A stretch of 61,822 nucleotides of DNA, filler included, from Choristocarpus tenellus KU-1152 (lineage: Eukaryota > Protista > Phaeophyceae): NCBI GenBank assembly GCA_964200185.2. It is 9 parts of 9 records of this genome, joined end to end, with 100 filler letters (N's around TTAATTAATTAA, not from the genome) between each part and the next. Parts side by side here need not be neighbours in the genome. Positions count along the whole stretch, not along the records: positions 23,405 to 37,770 come from CAXNAD020001217.1; positions 37,871 to 47,636 come from CAXNAD020003413.1; positions 47,737 to 50,923 come from CAXNAD020021679.1; 6 more parts are not named here. One strand, given 5' to 3'. Under the pieces are notes generated by a model. The model was not told where the DNA came from, did not search any database, and was given only the letters and a program-made list of their open reading frames with translations. The translations under genes and the position numbers were made by a program. Of this stretch, positions 36,060-48,985 are shown piece by piece (the stretch's first letter is position 1; every line of letters starts with the position of its first letter).

Positions 36060-37727
36060 GCCCTATTTCAATTGCTGGGCGGACTCGAAATTGCATTCGT
36101 CACCCTTGTCCCACCACTCTGTGAGCTTAGGGTATGCCTCGACAAGAAGGTGCCACAGATTTAGGCACATGGAGTACCTGGCGTTCCAAGGCTCGGGCTT
36201 CACGAGGCTCAAGAAGATAGCCGTCTTCCCCTGGAGCGCTTCCACATGCTCGGGGCGCAACGTATTGCCTGCCTTCCCTCCACGATCGCCGATTTCACAT
36301 GTGTGGGCCCATGGACGTAGCACTCGTCCCCGAAAATAAGAGAAGCGGTCTCTTTACCGGCCTTCACGAGCCTGAACCCGTGATCGTAAATGACTTGGGT
36401 TAGGATTTGTGTCTGCACTCGATACTGTGCAGAAGCAGGTTTCGTTGCAGATCATAGGAGCTCGGTGACGCACGCCTCCATGAAGGCTTTGGTGATCCCC
36501 ACATCGGATGCATCGCCGGAGTTGGTCGCGTCCTGTGTGACGCAATCCTCCTCACCATGAGATGATCTTTGGTCGTCATCGTCGTCCGTCGATGTGGGTG
36601 AACATGGATGTACCGTGCACCTGCCCATTTTGGCTGAAGCGAAGGCGTCATTGAGGAAGTCAGGTTCTAATGCGCTGCCATCAGGATCAACAGGCTGTTT
36701 GGAACGTCTCGTCTCTCCAGCATCTTCTCTCGCCCTCTTTTTCCTAATTAGTGTCCTAGAACCCCGGACTTCGCCCTCCTCGGAAGGCTTGCCCCTCTGG
36801 GTTGTGGAGCTGTCACGGTTCTCACTTGGCCTCACACCATGGTCGTACATGTTCCAAGGCACTTTTGCATCATCGTTGCCGCTGCCCACCGAATGGGCGT
36901 TCGGGGACATCCCTGTGTCACTCCGGACAGGCGTGGACTCATGACACCATCCAGTGGAATATGTCGAGAATGTTGGGCACATGCGACATACTGGCCGCCA
37001 AACTCTCTCCTATCGAAATGGATTCAGCCTCTTTGCGGTTGCAGTACAGATAGATCTTCCACATGAAGCTCCTTTTATCGCCTACCTGGAGGTTCGCTCC
37101 GACATCCGAGACCCATCACGCTGTGACATGCAGCGGGAGGTTGATGCCACCTGGGACATTTTCATCGTGCGCGACGCAATGGATTGTGCTCAGCACCATT
37201 ATGCGGTGTTGTCCATTCAGGAAAAATAAGAGGTTGTTGTCGTCATCTATATCCCTCTCATCACCATCCTTGTCTACGTCGAGGTTGCCATTGATGATGT
37301 AGCTTGCAAGTAGTTCGCCATCAGGCACACCAGAGGGCACGTTCGCCCTGCGCATGTCGGCTTTCATGTCGCTAATGGTCTTCCATCTGTAGCACATGGA
37401 AAAAGGCTGTCCACTCAAGATACCTGCGAGCCTATCGACAGCGACAACTGGGTTCGGCCCTAGCTTGGAGAACATAAACTCCACTCGATCGGTGTCCTGG
37501 AGGTTAGCAATATACCTCTGTTTCATGTAGGCAGGCGTTGCAAGGTCCATCGTGCAGGTTGCGCTGATGTTGGACGTTATGATGTATGTGGTCTTTTGGT
37601 CTTCATTAGTTTTCAGGCCTCCGGCCGGCTGTCTGTGAGGACGGAGGGGAATGTTGGGACAATGGTATCAGCAAAGATCAATGATGTCCACGCAAGGGTG
37701 GATACGACGGTTAGCCGAGCGCATGAA
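36060..37727 (-). pseudogene. Decayed coding region of unknown (possibly TE) origin with an NGQHR motif
   Basis: A chain of protein-like minus-strand ORF pieces (37116-37550, 36452-36982, 36209-36418, 36063-36323) broken by stops and frameshifts; contains LLFFLNGQHRIMVL. Confidence 0.45.
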
Positions 37728-38006
37728 GACCCAAAGTATCTGGGAAGGGGGGGGGGGTCTACACCAGGGTNNNNNNNNNNNNNNNNNNNNNNNNNNNNNN
37801 NNNNNNNNNNNNNNTTAATTAATTAANNNNNNNNNNNNNNNNNNNNNNNNNNNNNNNNNNNNNNNNNNNNAATTTTGGGTCAAGCCCATCCTCAATGAAA
37901 AGCTCCATCCTCAATTTTTGAAATCGGCTGTTACAGGTACACAGCAGTGTACAAGAAAACCCTGGCAGATGTAATTCACATGCTGTTCTTGAAAATGTCC
38001 CGTTAA

Positions 38007-38191
38007 GGCTCAAAGTATCTGGGGGGGAGGGGTTTTACACCAGGGTGTCTGTTCGGGCCCTGACCAGGAGAACTGCACTTACATTATCCATCCGACCCCC
38101 ATGCAACTAAATTCACCCAAAAGTCGTGACATTGAAAAATGGACCCCTAATGGACAGGCGCCACCCCCACCCCTCCCAAATACTTCTAGCC
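38007..38191 (+). mobile_element. MITE family B copy (about 180 bp)
   Basis: Reverse-complement homolog of 58967-59143; GGCTCAAAGTATCTGGGGGGG left end; TAA on both flanks. Confidence 0.8.
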
Positions 38192-40469
38192 TAAGAATGA
38201 AACGAAACGGAGATCAGGAACCATGAAATTTGGAGAAGTGGTTAGTGTAGTACATTTTATTGTTTGTATGATCTATACTCTTTTCAATATGTCCTATACG
38301 CCTTTGTGAGAAAGACGGAATTTTGTACACAATTGTCACCATCCTTAAAATGCAACTTTGGTCTACTTTCACTCTTCATATATTTTAATTTATTAATTTC
38401 TATTCTCACGTTCGTCTGAGGGGTTCCAGTACCGTGGTTGAAAGGTAGTCAAAAGGTGGAAGTGTACGCCGCATCAGAAAAATAGGAAAATCAGTGAAAA
38501 TAAAATAGAATTCAGAGAAGAGAAATGAATTAGAAAGTTACCAACCCAGTGTACTGTATGAACAACATCCAGTCATACCAAAAAGACCCAGACCAATTGC
38601 GAGATGGTCAGGTTCGGATCCTTATGCATTCTAAGCCATCTTTCTTATTCTGGGTAATACGGCTCTGTTTTCTTTGTTTTACGTGGACAATAGTATCCGC
38701 AATATTGATATTCCCCCTTTCCACACACAAAGTGATATCATAATTCAGAAAAGGCTCTCTGCAATTCTACAAAATGACATCTTTTTGCCGTTTCTCAGAA
38801 ATGTTAAAATGCAAGCCCTGCCTACCTCTCAGTTTGATTTAAATGACACAACAAAGATCAACACAATAATAGGAGAATGACAGGAAGGAGAGTGGCATTA
38901 TTCAGCCGATGGTAGTGTTGTGTGGATTTCAAAGAATGGAGGATGTGTAATGGAGAGGTTCATTCCTGAAGTACCGCTACTACAATAAAGGCGCTCTCCA
39001 ACTATATAATACGTACCACCTACCTGTTGCGAGTCGTCGCCACTACAACAACTGCTGCTGCTACCATCACTACTTCTATCGTGAAATACATACATGTGGA
39101 ATCGGCAAACTCTCCAGACTGAACTGGGGGGGAGGAAAGACCCACGGGAGGATGTGGGAAGGAGAGAGACCACAAGAAAGACAGTCATGCTAAGGGAAAG
39201 GTCACTCAGGAGAGAAATGCAACTGGAAGGAAGCATGGGCAACTCATTGACCAAGCTCTCTGACATATACAAGGTGTCCAAAAATTCCATGTTGCACCTG
39301 TTTAGAATAATATTATACACATGAATCAGAATCAGAAGATCTTCGTTTCAGTGTGGAGCGGTTCACGAGTATTATTGTAACTACTATCATCATGGTGTTG
39401 TTACGTTGTAAACCGTAAATTGTAACATTTCAATCAGTTCAGTTCTGTTCATGGTGAGAAATAACTGAGATCATAACCGAATCAACAATATTTTTGCTTA
39501 TTTGAACAATTTATTCTATTCTTATTGGAACATACAACTCCCAACTATATATAATAATTGTAAAATATATTTTGTATGGTTCAAATTTTTCGGTAATAAC
39601 AATGCAGGAAAAACCTTCTATTAACCAATAAACTAGCTCCACACTCTATACATATGATTGGTTGACATCATCCGCACTTCATTAGAGGTTGGACGGATTT
39701 TTTTGGACTTCGTATATTCATTTTCAACGCTAGTCCACTGAACTTCTTGCGCAGTAAACACATCCAATCCAACACGAACACATTAACACATCCACTAGCC
39801 CTTAGTGACATACTACTTGAGGTGAGTGAGCCTTGACATTAGGATATTGGTAGGGTGGTAGCGCGTGGATTGCAGTGTGTGCCAAACACTCTTTGAGGAA
39901 ATTGACCTTGTTCAGGCACGACCATACGTATTCCTCTCAGCATTCCTCAGAGCAGTTCGACCATGTCCGACCGTATGAGAGACGGCGGGAATCCCTTTTA
40001 AGATAAACACATTCTCGATTGATATTTCACGTGCATGTGTCCTTGTATTGTGAAGAATTCTTCATGTACTTCCATCCATCTGTCACTGTATATTGGATCG
40101 AGAAGGCATTCAAAATTTTTTCCACACCTTGCAGCATGCTCCTCCAACTAGCTGCCCTACTCCATGATAGATCTTCCTGATGCACCCAAAACATTATCTC
40201 TAGCTGCTGTGTCTCAGTTTTCACGTATTGCGCCTCTTTGATCCTCAGAGCCCATTACAGTACGGAATATTGGTAGACAATTCACCCAACTCACATCGAA
40301 AGTGTTCACAGATTTTATCCTTGGTCCCCTTGCAATCGGTGGTTGGCCTTGCTCTTCCTGCCCAATGCTTTTATGGCGCGTCGAATCGTGGCAATGCAGT
40401 GAACCTAACTTTTTCTCTCTACCTTTCTTCGCCTATCTTTTCTTGCCCCTCTCAACCAGGCCAAACACC

Positions 40470-43400
40470 ATGCCGAAGAAGAGCTCCAACCCCGTTGTCT
40501 CGGTTACCTCCGGGTGCATCGCTGGTGGCATTGAGGCGATGACGGTTTGGCCACTGGAGTTTGTGAAGGTGATCCGATTTGAGGAACTGGACTCTTATCT
40601 TAGGATGGAAGAACCACCGCTTTGTCGGTGTGACTTTTCATAGACTTTGCAAAGAATTACCGTGGCTGGAAGATTGTCTTCTAGCGTACATCGCATATCC
40701 CCTACTCAGTTCTATAGTGCAGTACTCGTACCTCTTTGCTAATAGAAACCGCCAACGAAAGTTACTAGGAGCTAAAAAGTATCTGAAATTCTGAAATTCT
40801 CATTTCTAGAGCAATTGGTGGAAGGGATGGTGATGCGGCTAGTGAGGAGAATGACTCTTCAAGTTCCACACATGACTACTTAACACAAGGGGCAGTATCT
40901 GCCACAGGATGTAATGAACCAAATTTTGACCGGTGTTTGGTGCAAGAGGGTAGGTGGGCGAATGGCATGAATGGTGGGTGTCGTAATTTGTGGTGTTTAT
41001 TGCTAGCTTCATTTGGTCACCGCTTTGTCAAGGTTTCATTCATTCTTGGTGTCCACTGGAGAGATATTTTTTGTTATCCTTGGATATGCTTTACATTTCC
41101 CTCTCCTAGAGAGCATTTTTTGTGAACTATCACTCTCTAGGTATCTTCTGCTGTGCCTCTACCAAGAGGAACATTCCTGCTGAATGTTGTACAAAGTTTA
41201 AGGTTTCCACGCCATTGCACTGTCTACCCGAAGTTGCACAATCTTTTTTTGCTTCGTATTTGAATTAAGAATATATATGTATTTGTGCCTCAATGTTGCT
41301 GCCTTGTTGAAGGTCAACAGGATGTCTTTTTTTGCTTGAGAGACAAAACCCCTCACCACCTGTGGTGTGAGGAGGTTCATTGCCTTTTGCAAATCGCCCC
41401 AATCTAACTTGTTGTACTCACCACATGAAGTGTTGGGAGGATTCTTGTAATTGTTTGGTGTGTTATACTCTGATGCAATAGACCCAACGCGAATGTTATC
41501 ATCGCTGTGTGAAATGTCATCCTTCAAAGCTCTACTCATATGCATGTATGTCAGCTGTTTCTCTTTCCCCTCGTACACCCACCTTCTCCCTCCCTGTCTC
41601 CGGTGCCCACTCCTTTGTTTACATCCGTTTGCCTGCATGGAACACACACAACCTCAACACCACTGAATGGGTCGTGTGCAGACCCAGTTGCAGCTGGCGG
41701 TGAGCAAGGGAAAGAAAATGACTGTCTCAGTCCCCTCCTCCCCCCCCCCACCCCACTTTGCCTGTTTTGTACATGTCCGGTCACTTGTGTTTGCTGCTGT
41801 CATGTTATGTTTTGCAGATGTTGCATTTAGATGTGAAGCCCCCTTTCTGGAGTATCCATACATGGAAGTTTTGTCAGTGTAATGGGCCGTCCTCCTAATT
41901 TGTGTACCCTGTATGGATTACTATTTGATGAAATTTCATTCAACATTGTGCGAGGCAGGGATGGGGGGGGGGGGAGAAGGGTCAGGTCTGAGATGGGAAT
42001 TTGTGGTTGATACGATCAAAAGCTAGTAATTTAGTTAAGAAGACACTATTGTGAGTAATGTCGCCTATACTACTTTTTTTCAGGTGGTGTTAAAACTGGA
42101 GTTTCAAGTCACCTGTGAATCCTTGAGGACTTGCCACCGGTTAGTTGACACTGGTTTAAAGAGTTACATCTTTAATAGTAGGTAGGTATATACTGTATCA
42201 GTCCTGTGTGTGAAAGTGTGGTGCTTGAGTTCAGTCTTGCGTTTTATAATTTTCTCACTCAAAACTTTTTCCAGGTGTGTGTCCTCCCTTAACTCAATAC
42301 CAACGGTTGGACAGAAAAGAGTTTAAAACTGCCCTTGTATCTATTGCCTTTGCTGTGTGCAATTATTGTTTTATTGATTCTAAGAAATGTTTTCGCTGTG
42401 GCCCTCACAACATTGAACTGAACCCCATCCTGTATGCAACCACACACAACACACAACACAACACCCTGTCTACAGCCGCTAACCTCAAAACTCAAAACTT
42501 AAGGTCCTAAATATATTTTTGTTCTTTATCCCCTATATTTTTGTCTCATAGACGCAGTGACCCTTTTTTCATGAACAACAAAGTTTGGAATCCTTAACTT
42601 CTTTTCCAAGTTGTCACTCTTTTCTGTCTCTTCTAAGACCCACAATCTCTTACGTACTTGCTGCAGCTGGACATAATAGTAGTCCCCTCTCCCACCGGAC
42701 TGGACATCCTACCTCGGACCTTGTGACCCACATCACCTATATACGTACGTATGTATGCCTTTTTTTTCTTGTGTTTGAAAAATATAAAAACAGGACAAGC
42801 TACCTGCAGGACAGAAGCCCAAGTTCACGGGTGTGATCAGTGGACTAACCTACACAGTCCGTACCACTGGTTTTTTCTCACTATACCGAGGACTGGCACC
42901 AACCCTCCTGGGGTCTATGCCCAAGGCTGGAATCCGCTTTGGTGGAAATGCCGAGCTGAAGAAGGTGATTTATAGCACGTGGATTGTTTGTGTCTGTGTG
43001 TGACTGTGATGAAGTGAACAGAAAATTGAGGTTATAGTGTGGGCTACTTTTTTTTTTTTAATGTTACGATTCATTGTTTTTATCCTTGAACTGGGGTCTG
43101 TCCCTGTCGCGGCTTTGTGTCTCGCTGATGTGGCACTAACTTCCTGTGTGGTGGTGTTGCTGTTGAACTTTTTTTTTACTCTTTTTGTGTTCTAAAGAGA
43201 GGGTAGACACAAACGCCTTGTGAGAGGGAGGGCGGGGATGGGGGGGAGAAAATCATTTTCTAGGGCAGATATAGTTTCTGATTGGCCTACTTTAATTGTT
43301 GGTTGTTCAATTCCTATTATCGAACTGATCCAAGTTGGCTGTGAAGATATTTAAGAAGAGATATATTACTCGACAATCTTTTATGTACTCTTTCATGTAC

Positions 43401-45586
43401 TCTTTCAGCTTCTGGCAGATGAGAATGGTAAGCTGAACTCAGGCAAGCAGTTCCTTGCAGGCTTTGGGGCAGGAGTAGTGGAAGCTATCTTCGCGGTTAC
43501 TCCCATTGAGACTGTCAAGACTAAGGCGATCCAGACAAACACAGGCTTTGTTGAGGGTGTGAAGACCATCCTCAAGAATGAGGGGCCAGGGGGACTGTAC
43601 CAGGGGTTGTCAGCAACCATTGCCAAGCAGGGTTCTAACCAGGCGAGAAAGTGGATAGGTGCCGCTTGCACTTGTTAGTGTCTTGTGCTTTGAAGCGTCA
43701 TATAAGAAGGATTTTTTTTTTTGTACTGATGTAACATGGGTGCTGTGCTACTCTGCCCACAGGTCGATTTTTTAGTGTTCGATAACGGTGTATGATTTGT
43801 TACTTGTATGGGGAGGTGTGACCCATCTCATTCATTCTTTTTGCCAAGTGTGCCAGGCTCAGGGTGGCAATGTATGTCAGGCCTGTCTTGTCTACATTCG
43901 TATATTGTGCTGTGACTGAAATTTTCCTTTAACTGAAGGATAAGGTAGCGGTTGCATAGTGGGATGGATGTCTAAGGGCGCTGTGATTCAATATATATAT
44001 ATATATATGCTTTTAAGGTGAAAGATGAGTAGGTTCTTGGTCATGTGAAGAGGAATGAACATACTGTGTGTCACACACCCATTGTACTATCTATGAACAG
44101 TATTGTTACTGCGCAAGAACATTTGATGCTGTTAGTCTTCTTGTAGACTAACAGCATTTTGCCGTGTTTCTTTACAAGAAGATGATGCTCTTACGGAGAC
44201 GTGAGTTTTTCACCTCCAATCTGATACTTGCACTCTTTGCCATCATGCAAGACTCACCTTTTCACCTCCAATCTGATACTTGCACTCTTTGCCATCATGC
44301 AAGACTCACCTTTTCACCTCCAATCTGATACTTGCACTCTTTGCCATCATGCAAGACTCACCTTTTCACCTCCAATCTGATACTTGCACTCTTTGCCATC
44401 ATGCAAGACTCACCCTTTCACTTGACTTTTCACATGACAGGGGCTGCGTTTTATGTGGTTCAACAAGTACAAGAGCATCTTGAGCGATGACGGGGAACGA
44501 GACCTGACTGATATTGAGAACCTTCTGGGTGGTATGTCTGCAGGATGCTTCAGCACTATGGGGAACAACCCGTTTGATGTGGTGAAGACCAAGATGCAGG
44601 GTATTGATGCTGCTAAGTACAAGGGAACCATTGACTGCTTCCAGAAGGTGCGTGCGTGTGATGGGCAACATTGCTATCGTCTGACTCTAGTATATTTATT
44701 ACCAGGGGATTGAAGCAGTTTATTATTTGTTTTTTTATCTTGTTAGCAAGTAGTCATTCGGGTTTTTTTCTTTTCGAATTTGGGAACAGTTTGACCAATA
44801 GCACAGGCTTGTTTTTGGTGATGATTTTGTGCTGTGGTGGAGAGATACGCATTGATTAGGTTTAGAGTTGACTGTTTTCAACACGAGGCTTGTGACATAG
44901 TTTGTAATATTCTGGGATTAATGAGAACATTGCCTTTCGAAAGAATAATAATGTAAGAAAAGATTCTTGCTTTGCAGTAGAGCACAGTAGGAACAAGTTT
45001 GTAATACATCCTGCGTCTGTGTTTTATTATCAACAGCTCTACATTTGAAATAATTAAGAGGTGTTTGGTTTAGTTTGATCTGCAGGATATTTTTAGTCAA
45101 ACCTTGGGATCGGTAGGGTTTAAAAGAAAAAACCCTATGATTTTAATGTCTCATCTGTTTTTAGTTTTGAATTCCAACTTTATTGTTCATCTCAAGTCCT
45201 GTGTTCCCTCTACTTCTAGGACTCCCCCCCCTCTCACCATCAATCGCCATGCATTGTTCATGGAAAACCCTTGCTCTGTGATACAGTTACAGTACCCCTC
45301 ACTTGAATGTATCTACTTCGGACACACTCTGGAAGTGATGCATTGTACTCCCTGAAACTAGCCCTTACCCGATATATACCCTTTTGGGGGGTTAATAAAA
45401 ACCCTCTTCTTGGTTTTTTTCTTTTGCGCTGTGAAAATACAGATCTTCTCAGCTGAAGGTTTTAAGGGGTTTTACAAGGGTGTCGTGCCTCGACTGGGCC
45501 GTGTCGTGCCAGGGCAAGGGATCATCTTCATGTCATATGAACGTATTCAGAATGTGGTAGCCGGAATTGTGGAGGTGGAAAAGTAG
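40470..45586 (+). CDS. Mitochondrial citrate/tricarboxylate carrier (SLC25A1/CTP1-like), complete, 290 aa; exons 40470-40568, 41682-41699, 42794-42964, 43409-43642, 44441-44647, 45443-45586
   Basis: Three carrier signatures (PLEFVKTQLQ, PIETVKTK, PFDVVKTKMQ) plus the citrate-carrier motifs PKAGIRF, KQGSNQ|GLRF and PRLGRV. All introns are phase 0. Probable 5'UTR intron at 39822-40459. Confidence 0.93.
44207..44414. repeat. 52-bp tandem repeat, 4 copies, at the 3' end of carrier intron 4
   Basis: TTTTCACCTCCAATCTGATACTTGCACTCTTTGCCATCATGCAAGACTCACC x4. Confidence 0.95.
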
Positions 45587-47440
45587 GAGGAGCAAAAGAG
45601 ATTTGAATGAATATCATATTCCACCACTCTGAGGGCGTTGCACTCTTGTGGTGGAGCAGTGGAAGGCACCGAATATGCACTGGATGGAGGTGGAAGAAAT
45701 GTGGGGAGGATTGTCGTGCAAACATATACGTGTCTGTAGCATAGGTACTCTTGGAATGATGTATGGTAAGCTGTAGTGAGTTCCAGCTCTCCTCTTCAAG
45801 GTATATTTATGGCTTTTTGACATTTATGGCAATTCATGCACTGTTGTACCTCGAGCTATATGTGATCTTTGAGATTTTGAATGAGCTTTTGGTTGGTTTG
45901 GGTTCTCGTTGCAGGGCCTTGAAGATGTCAAAGGTGTTGTGCTATGACGTAGGCTGATACCATGCGTTGGCATTGTTGTATGGGAATACTGTTTTCTTTT
46001 GGATGGGTTGGAAGGAAAGTTAGGAAATTATGTTTGGGGTGAATTTTTTGGCCTCCCTTCTCCTCTGCCTCCCCCCCCTCCCCTCCCCCCGCCCCCATCC
46101 TGTGTCCCGTTGATCTTTGATTGTCTTTTGCTGCCAAGGTGCGCAGACATCAATGAAGTAAAGCACATGCTGATCAGCAACACCTTGAGCGTATTTCGTA
46201 TGGGGTGTGTGTTGACTTTAGTTGTTTTGTGATCTCTATTAATAGTGCAAGTTGTTCTCTGTGAGGGTGTATTTTTATTCAAAAGGCGTTCCTCTCGTTT
46301 GGTCTCTGGACTGGCTCTTCTTGCCCCTTTGCTTGACTCCACATGTCAAGTTTTGTGTGTGTGTTTGGGTCTGTTTTCCGTGACTGATCTTGACCCAAAT
46401 GTTACTTGTGTATTTTGGATATCTTTAGCTAAGGCTGTGTTTTTTGTTGTTTTTTGTTGTTTTGTTGTGTGTGTGTGTGTGTGTGTGGTGAAGAGCATGC
46501 AATGCATAGCAGAGAATGCTATGGCCACCTGTCAGTATCTTCTCTGCTCTGGCCTTTGAGGTTGCAACCTGACTTCGTTGATGAGACGTCGGTAGGGAAG
46601 TAGATATATTGTTGAAGGAGGGGTTGCATCCATGGTGTACTCTCTTGGCAATTTTTGCTTGATATTTTTTTGACTTTTTTTGCAGGACAGTCCGAAAATC
46701 ACAAAATATTTATCTTCAGTGATCTACAGTTTATGGTATGTGTAGGCTAGCTGTGTGGAGTGAAGTTACTGCTGTGCAGTAAATGAAGTGCCTTGTTGCT
46801 GCAGAGAGGATAAGGTAGGAATGCATTGTGGTGTATGATGATGGGAAATTTCACACAATACACTCCTGGTCATGGATGTGCACAGAAAAAAAACGACACA
46901 TGTATGAGGTGAAAGGTTGTTTAGCACACACATACAGGCAACAATAATAAAAGCACAAGGGAAAGATTTGATTGCTTGGGTACCAGCAATACCTGACTAA
47001 CCAGTTTCTCTGATGGGTCTCACTCAGAGGGATCTGGTCCAAAATATTTATATTTGTATATATAATATTTATATTTTTCATCGAAAAATTGTATTAGTTG
47101 CACAATATTAGCAGGTGATGTACTGGATTGTATTCCAACCCGTATGATATCCCTGTGCATGAGTTGGTGCTTAGGCGCCTAACTTACACAATAGTAACAG
47201 CTTCCATGGTTAATTATTCGGGTTGTGCATGAAACTTAAATGGATACAATTATTATTACCGCCCATGTGTGCTGTATACAATATGCATTGCATGTAGTGG
47301 CAATATTAATTGTGGTAGTTTGTACTACAATTTTGGCTGGTGTACGTTCTGACGACAGTAGTACTTGAGTAGGGGCATTGTTTGATTTTCAATTTGTGGT
47401 TTCTACCTATTCATGAGATGCAGGGTCGTTTCAGAGTTCA

Positions 47441-47636
47441 GAGTGAAAGTATCTCAGAGGGTACAAGTTTTGCCCTGTTTGTCCGTTTGGGGCTTGGCGT
47501 CCCACGTTTTTTTTAATGGTATTTCCCTACTCCTAAAAGTTTCAGAGTAGGTAAAATGTGTACGTTATTAACGGCCGATTTCAAAAATTGAGGATGGAGC
47601 TTTTCATTGAGGATGGGCTTGACCCAAAATTGACTG
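47441..47636 (-). mobile_element. Partial MITE family A interrupted at about 47570 by the end of a different TIR element (TAA|CGGCCGATTTC...)
   Basis: GAGTGAAAGTATCTCAGAGGGTA terminus; 47569-47632 is a near-exact reverse complement of 37871-37933. Confidence 0.75.
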
Positions 47637-48726
47637 NNNNNNNNNNNNNNNNNNNNNNNNNNNNNNNNNNNNNNNNNNNNTTAATTAATTAANNNNNNNN
47701 NNNNNNNNNNNNNNNNNNNNNNNNNNNNNNNNNNNNCTTTCCCTCGCCTCGATAGCAAACCGTAGAACTGTCAAGACCTTGGTAGGAATCTTTTTTCCGT
47801 TCCCAACAAGTTTCTCGCACGTCGAAACAATACCCGCCATGGGTTCCCAGCTTACGTCTTTAACCCTCTTCGGTTTCCCAGTTCGCCCGGATCTATCACC
47901 AGCGTGTATGTAGCCTTCGACAAAAGTACTTTTCTCGTACTTTTCAAGGGTCAGAAACGCGGCGTTGTCACGTGTGTGGTCACTGGTCGGCCGAAGCTAG
48001 TGAAAATCCACCCCACGCTCCCCGTCGCCGCCGATGCGCTCTGCTAGGATCTTGCCGACCAAGAGCGGCACCTCTGTTGCCACAAAAAAGGCAAACCTGC
48101 CTTCCTGCACGGTGACGAGGTTTCCATCGTTTGCCAATGTCAAGGTAGCACGAGGCCAACCCCGTCGACGGAAGTCAGCTTCTTCCGTGTCACTGTCCGA
48201 TGAGGAAGAGTCTGTTTCCTCTAGCCCGCCGAGATCATTGTCACCGCTGACGAGATTACCTCCTCCACCCAAACGTTCACCCTCGTCGGTGTCTTCGACG
48301 TCGCTGGTACCAGTTCCAGTGCCATCGTCATCGGTGGGAAGCCAATGGACTGGGAGGTCGAACTCTTGTTCCCCTGTCTCTTTGAGAAGTCTCACAGACT
48401 CGCTTTGCTCATGTTTCGCTCTCTGAACAGCTTCATCATCTGCGAAGGTGGAATCCATGAGCATCAACGGTATGGAAGCATGAATGCGAGTTTGTAACCA
48501 GCCGTGAGGTTGCACGAATGTGCTCGGGGAGCATGTAGTGAGAGGTAGGGTGTAGATTTCGTCGATTTCGTGTCTGTTGAGTACAAGACTGGTACTCTCA
48601 AAACATTTATCGGGGGTAATCTATAGTACTTTTTATTGTTACACGCGACGATCACTACGCATGAGGATGGAATATTTTTCATTGTTTTTGTAAAGGCTGT
48701 AAAGGCTGCATCATACAGAAATTGCA

Positions 48727-48985
48727 GAGCCAAAGTATCTTAGAGGGTAGAGCCGCGTCCGTTTGGGGGCCAAAATCCAATGTTGCGATTTTGATGTAAT
48801 TTTGGTTACTGTGTTTGTTAGGAAGTGTCAAAATCCTTGTTCCGGACACGCCTTTTGATAACACATACGTTTTACCTACTAAGAAATATTTTGGAGTAGG
48901 AAAATGCCATAAAAAATCCTGAGGGAAGCCAAGCCCCAAATTGACAATCAGGGGAAAAGTCGTACCCTCTAAGATACTTTCACTC
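48727..48985 (+). mobile_element. MITE family A, full length, TGCA TSD
   Basis: TGCA|GAGCCAAAGTATCTTAGAGGGTA...TACCCTCTAAGATACTTTCACTC|TGCA. Confidence 0.93.

Noticed and set aside
38898-39324. Possible Harbinger accessory ORF or small gene
   Set aside because: No recognisable domain or splice structure.
44207-44414. Shared 52-bp period with the 4875-5448 array as a common mechanism
   Set aside because: The unit sequences are unrelated; most likely coincidence.
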